The notes under the pieces are model-generated. The model did not search any database and was not told the DNA's origin. It saw nothing but the letters and a program-made list of their open reading frames with translations. From NCBI GenBank assembly GCA_012295275.1, contig CM022672.1:19716001-19780000 (forward strand): a stretch of 64,000 bases of DNA. Direction: 5' to 3'. Below are positions 57,186 through 64,000 of the stretch, piece after piece (position 1 is the first letter of the stretch; every line of letters starts with the position of its first letter). The translations under genes were made by a program, and so were the position numbers. This DNA comes from Chrysomallon squamiferum (taxonomy: Eukaryota > Animalia > Mollusca).

Positions 57186-59369
57186 AAATGTACGTCTATA
57201 TGTGTGTGTCTGTATATTTTTGTGTTTCTTTGAATTTGAATGCTATTCATTAGCTCATATATTTTTTAAATCTTTCTTTCTTACATTCAATTTCACTGTT
57301 ATTATTATTATTATTATTATTTTTTTTTTTTTTACATAAGAACATAAAACCCTAGTTACAAGAGACAACTTGAGACGTACTTGAGTGAACGATTCATATA
57401 AAACGCTTACAGTAATTCACAACAACAACCAGTAATGACAGGGATTTGCTGCATTCACGACACACAACTAATCAGGGAACATTATGTTCGTAATGTGTTG
57501 CTGTTACAATATTATCATCGCTGAACTATTTAATCTTACGTTGCGTGACTTCAAAACCATTCGCGTAGCATTACCGCTGGATTATGAACGTATCGTGGCT
57601 TCTTCCGGAAGAGATAAAAGCAATTTTAAAGTGTCGAAACGTTCGTCACGCGAATTAGACCCTTTAACAGTGGCCAAAGTTGTCGGGGGACTTTTTTTTT
57701 TTTTTTTTCTTTCTCAAAGAACGCTTGATAACGGGAAAAAAAAAAAAAAATGGACGACGACTGGTTCCGCAGCAGACGTGCGCGGTGAAAGAGTAATTGA
57801 CTTGCAATAGGCGATGTTGTTAGTGAGTGTTAATACGCGTTTTTCTGCACATTAACGAACTTTCCATCCGACTTTCCATTCAGCCCCGCAGAGTATTTTT
57901 TTTTTTTTTTTTTTCGTGCAGAGGCGACCACTCAACGTATTGACTGACCACCGCCTCTTTAATGGACGTTATGGTTCAAGTAGGGTGACGGCATTTGTAC
58001 GTATATTGTGCGACCGCGGTCACTGTTGGAACGTGTTCGCTTTGAATAGAAGGACTTGTCAACGGACAGAAGTGGAAATGGCTGCTTTTTGAAATGGCGC
58101 ACTCTTTGCCTTGTCATCTGATAAAAAAAAAAAAGATGACTCCCGCACTGATGTTATAGAGTTGAATGTTGTTGGGGGTTCTTTTAGCTCTTGAAATGTG
58201 ACTGTGTGTGTGTGAGTGTGTGTGGGTGGGTGTGTGTGTGTGTGTGTGTGGGGTGTGAGAGAGAGAGAGAGGTGTAAAGAAAAAGAGCGAGAGAAAGACT
58301 GAGAAAGCAAAGAGAACGAAAAGAGGAAGAAAAAAGGGAGAAAAATAGATATAAAGATAGGTAGATAAACAGACAGATACGCACACACGCACACACACAC
58401 ACATACACACCCACACACGAAATATATGTCTTTAACGAGTTCAGAAAATTAAAGATTTTTTAATATATTTCGCTTCGATAATTAATCTTTGTGCTATTTA
58501 ACACCTATTTTTTTATTTTTTTATTTTTTATTTTAGCGTTTTGCAGATGAGTTTGAGTTTTACACATCAAAATAATTTGGGATTCTTTTTCAAATATATC
58601 TTTTTATTTTTGTTATTACTAAGACAGCAACTTACATATTAATTTGACGGCCATTTGGAAATAATTATAATTTATCTACAGCAACAAGAAATCTCATTAT
58701 TTCAATACAAAACGTCGTCCATTCTCAGACGTTCGAATATCTGATGAAGTCGAAGATAGACGTTATTAATGTTATTTACAAAGACGTTTACTCATAGCGG
58801 CTTTCTGTACATTTATCTCCTTATCAAATTATTAATAACTTTATTACTTCTTCGGTTGTTCATGGAAAATATCGCCAAGTGTTGATCAGCTGGTAATTCT
58901 GTCATTAATGAGAGAGATTTCGGTTCAGTAAGATTCCCTTTGGAAATGTTTTATCCAGAACGCCATTTATCATAATGACGTTTTGAGTTTATTTGAGTGT
59001 CTATCAGAAATCGTTCTTCACTAGCAAAAGTTTCTTTTTTTTTTCTTTTTTCTTCTTTTTTTTTCTGAGAGTGTAATGAAATGTTTCGATAAGGGAAAAA
59101 GATAACTAATTTTTTTTTTTCATTCGGTTGCGAGTAACAGAATAAACATACAGTCAAATACCATCTAATGAAATGTTTTTTTACTATTTTATTATTCTTT
59201 TTTATTTTTTTTCATTTATAAATTAAATTATTTTGGTAATTAATTATATTTGATAATTTATTATATTATAGATATGTGTTTGTTAGTGTTTTTGTGTGTG
59301 TATATACAAGTGTGTGTTTTTTTTTTTTTTTTTTTTTATAATAAAACTTTTAAGATACCATCATCCTCT

Positions 59370-59429
<60 letters not shown>

Positions 59430-60246
59430 TATAAAATGCATCATTATAGAATTCAATAAACCATCCATTTCTCAGTTAACATTTAGGTAATGTCAAGTGA
59501 TGCGCGATTTGGAAAGAGTCTTATAAATAAAAAATAAAAAATATTTCTTGCAGCCAAAGTGTCTGTTTCAAAATACGATAATCTAATAATGACAACAGTT
59601 TAAAAACAAATCTCAGTTTATAAATATTAAAAACCGCAGACATAAAAAAAACGCTTCGTTTTCTGTTGTGTTGTTTTTTGTTTTGTTTTTTTGAGTCATT
59701 CAGATTTGACAGAGATTTTTTACTACCTTTACGATTTCATCTGTAACTGTTAAAATGTTACGAAAATCAGAAATAACTGTTACACAGTGCTTCACGGATT
59801 CAAGTTTGCTGAAAAAAACTGCAGTAAGACATAAATATTTGTATAATATTTTCTATGCAGCAATATACGAAATAGAAACAAGTCCACTTTGGTTAGTTTG
59901 TCACGTACAAAAAATAAAGCTTTCGTTACGTTACAACTTATTTCACGTTTATGGAAGGTGAAAGGAAAAATATCTGTTTCTTCACTTCCCTCACCAGTGT
60001 TAGGGTATCCAGAGAATTACACACTCGATGCATAAAACATTGGTTTCTGTCTCTCACCGCATAAACAAGTTTGAATGGACGTTCTTGTTCAGAAAACAAA
60101 CATGTTTTATAATTGTATGTGAAACTAATGTACGTATATACATACACACACACACACACACACACGCACACATACATACATACATACATACATATATACA
60201 TACATATATATATAAAGAGAAAGGAGAGGGAAGATTTGGAGAAAAT

Positions 60247-60363
<117 letters not shown>

Positions 60364-61397
60364 AAAAAGACATGGATTAGGCAATACCTAGGTTAACTAT
60401 GACTAAAAGAGCCTTTTTTAAAGGGACCGAATAGAACTTGATCGGACTTGTTTTATAAACAGCTCTTTCTTTCTTTGGTATTTTGAAATCGTAATTCATT
60501 TTATTAGTATCTTTACACTTAAAACGCGCACTCTCATTTGTTCTTCACAGATTTTGTATTAAATTTTATTTATCAAATACTTCTTAACTTCAAATCAACA
60601 CAGATGAGCAGGCAGTATTGTCTTAAAAAACCTTTTTTGGCATTTAATCGATCGTATTTTGCTGACTTCTGACCACCATCCAAACCTCACGTCTAATAAT
60701 GATATGACGCGACGTAAAGACATCATCATATCTGCATAATCTGCAGTGTGAATCAGTTTTAAAAATCTCTCTTTGTATTTGAGAGAAAAAAACTGATAAA
60801 GAGCTGCTTCTGAGATTACGAAACTTCTTCTGACACTTTGATCTTCAGCAGCAATCTAAGATCAATGCTCGTTTCTTCTCGTATCATTTACAATTACAGA
60901 GTTCACATGTATTTGCATTTTATCTTGTTTTTTGGTGGGTTTTTTGTTGGTTTTTTTTTTTTTTACTGCTTGTTATCAATCTGTGACTACATTAAGCCTA
61001 CGAAATATCGAAAATCCGATGCACAACAAGATCAAATTGTAATCATCTGCCAGTCAGAAGTTCAAAAAGAAAACTGATCAATACACACTTGTGGCATTTT
61101 CGATTTTCGATTTTGTTGTGTGTATGATGTGTGTAATGTAATATGTATATATGTATATGTATGTGTGTATGTGTGTATGTATGTATGTATGTATGTATGT
61201 ATGTATGTATGTATGTATGTATGTATGTTGTGTGTGTCTGTGTATGTATTTATGTATTTTTGTGTATATGAATGTGTGTATGTGTATTTTTTTTATATAT
61301 GTATGTTTGAATGTTCTTATGTGCTGGTATATAGATATGGCTTTATTATATATATATATATATATATATATGTTTTTTGTTTATTTATTTATTTTTA

Positions 61398-61453
<56 letters not shown>

Positions 61454-63448
61454 TCCCTTTGTTTTGATTATATGCTTGTTTATTATTAGTAGGTATCATC
61501 ATCGTCGTCATCATTATTATTATTATTATTCTGCTTTGGTTTTGATTATTGTCGTTGTGATTCTAATCTTATGAGAAATTATTTTAATATGGTAATGTTA
61601 GCAAGGAAAACTTTATGTATACTATGTGGTAGCCAGAACTGAAGAAATTAAAAAATTTTAAAATTAAAAAAAAAAAAATTAAAATGTCCACGCGCTATGA
61701 CGCAATGATGAATCGATTTCCTTTGAGTGGGTCAGTGAGAGAATTAAAAGCACAGGAAAAAAGATATTTCATTTTAATTACAGAGAACGAAAGACAGACT
61801 GTTACTATTTTCTAGACTTTATTTCCGATTTAAGTAAGTGAAAAAGAGAGGGAGAGAAATGTCAAAAATGCAAAGCAGAATAAAGCATAAATAACACACG
61901 ACTAATGTTCTCGGAAGGAAGTGTCTTATTTAAGGATATATTTTCGTCCGCGTTAATTACAAATGCAACATTAAAGGTATACATAGGTGTTAATGTCAAG
62001 AATATAAAGGCATAGTAATAAGTCACATATGTTTACAAATACAGAGCAGAGCTAATCCTGGCTTGTAATTTAATAATTCATGTTATACATGAGCGAGGAA
62101 TGTCAAAGCAATTTTAGTTATTATAAAGCCGCAAAGAGCGAAGTCATATTATAGCTCTAGCTGTATTTGTTCTGAGATGAATGAAATATTTCAAACTGAT
62201 ACAATGTGAGATTTTATGCCTTGAAAGAACTGACTTTGTGCTGTCTAATTTATTTCACTTTGATTCTTGAAATTCTTTAACGTTGAACATTGCGAATTAG
62301 AAGGTTAATACTGACAATACGCGCATCAAATGACGACTATTAATAAACTACTTAGATGTGTCTCTCAAACAGAGAAAATATTTTGTTATCTCTGTGATAA
62401 TTGGGGTCGTGGTAACATACAAGGGCAGGACAGGGCGGTATTGAGCCGTGATTGTACAAAGTTTTATCGAGCTGGAAGGAAGTGGGCATCATAAAACAAC
62501 ATTTCCCCTTTCCATTCATATATCCATAAAGTCGCCTCACGTCAGTTTGAAAAATATTTTATTTATCTGGGTAAACAAGCCACGTCTAAACAACTCCGAT
62601 GTGCAGTGGCCGTGAATCGAGGAATTACATCGTAGCATCCCGGCATCCAGCGAGAAAGTTCGGCCAAAGCCAGGGTCTTGTACTCATGAATATTCACGAG
62701 CCGGCAGTGTGTCAGGTGTCACGAGATATACAATTAGTTGGATCTGGGAGATCAATAAGCAGAGCGAATTGAGAAATAACCTCGCGCTGTAATACACATC
62801 CCTTACTCGGCCACTGACATTATCATCGACACGTATCTTCACCAGCGTCCACGTCATCAACGTCCTTACTTTCTTTAACATCAGCCGTCAGCACCAACAG
62901 TTTTTATTCGGATAATAAATAAATAAGTATAATAAATAAAAATGAATAAAATAAAACAAAATAATATATATGTGTGTGTGTGAACACGTACAGACGCACG
63001 CACGCACACACACAAATACATATATATATATAGAATAAATGAATAAAATAAGTATGCAAGTAAGTAAATAGAATAAGTAAATAAATTAAAATGTAATAAA
63101 ATTAAATTAAATAAACATGAGGAGGAATCACTGACAAATCAAAAGGGAAAAAAAATGTATTATCAGTTAAGCACAGAATACGTTTAAATATGGAAACGAA
63201 ATTGAAATAAATATTCATCGTATAACTTTCTTTACTTTTTTTCTTTTTCTTTTCTTTCCTTTTTTTATTATTATTATTTTCTTCTTTTTTGGGGGGATTT
63301 TCTTACTTATTTTTTTTTTTTTCCTTCTAAATTTTTGTTTGCATTAAATATTAAACAAAACAGTGCAAAACGAAGAAGCAAAATTCAATTTTGTAAGCGA
63401 CGAATTCGCGTTCCAGACTGGGGTGGACAAGAAACAGCGTGAGCTGGA

Positions 63449-64000
63449 TTTAATATTCTGCTGATACACGTCTGTATTTAATATTCTACTGATACACGTC
63501 TGTATTTAATATTCTACTGATACAAGTCTGTATTTAATATTCTGCTGATACACGTCTGTATTTAATATTCTACTGATACACGTCTGTATTTAATATTCTG
63601 CTGATACACGTCTGTATTTAATATTCTGCTGATACACGTCTGTATTTAATATTCTACTGATACACGTCTGTATTTAATATTCTACTGATACACGTCTGTA
63701 TTTAATATTCTACTGATACACGTCTGTATTTAATATTCTGCTGATACACGTCTGTATTTAATATTCTACTGATACACGTCTGTATTTAATATTCTGCTGA
63801 TACACGTCTGTATTTAATATTCTGCTGATACACGTCTGTATTTAATATTCTGCTGATACACGTCTGTATTTAATATTCTGCTGATACACGTCTGTATTTA
63901 ATATTCTACTGATACACGTCTGTATTTAATATTCTACTGATACACGTCCGTGTTTAATATTCTGCTGATACACGTCTGTATTTAATATTCTACTGATGCA
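63449..64000. repeat. 28-bp tandem satellite, about 19-20 copies, running to the window edge
   Basis: Unit TATTTAATATTCT(G/A)CTGATACACGTCTG, no spacers. Confidence 0.97.

Overview
AT-rich, microsatellite-dense, intron-containing animal genomic DNA, most consistent with a gastropod mollusc (inference from the gene families and a SINE-like repeat). Almost all ORFs in the supplied track are microsatellite artefacts; the real genes are spliced and were rebuilt by hand from GT-AG sites and reading-frame phases. The minus strand carries (i) the last three coding exons (TM6, TM7, C-tail) of a leucokinin/lymnokinin-type neuropeptide GPCR (52043->42385; the 5' exons were not found in the window) and (ii) about 7 kb downstream, a 22-kb tandem cluster of secreted, signal-peptide-bearing EF-hand genes resembling molluscan insoluble matrix shell protein 5 (IMSP5). 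The cluster contains gene B (243 aa, 8 EF-hands, with unusual His-rich D-x-N-H-D-H loops in the C-terminal half), recent duplicates C and D (141 aa each; D lacks seven acidic residues of C and its duplicated unit lacks the upstream leader region), a truncated pseudogene F, and gene E (141 aa, with a 1-nt frameshift in its signal-peptide exon). Also present: a possible plus-strand terminal exon at 221-318, an ~850-bp inverted repeat pair 6.4 kb apart, a minisatellite that reiterates the GPCR splice donor about 14 times, and several satellites. No prokaryotic features, RNA genes or CRISPR arrays are supported.
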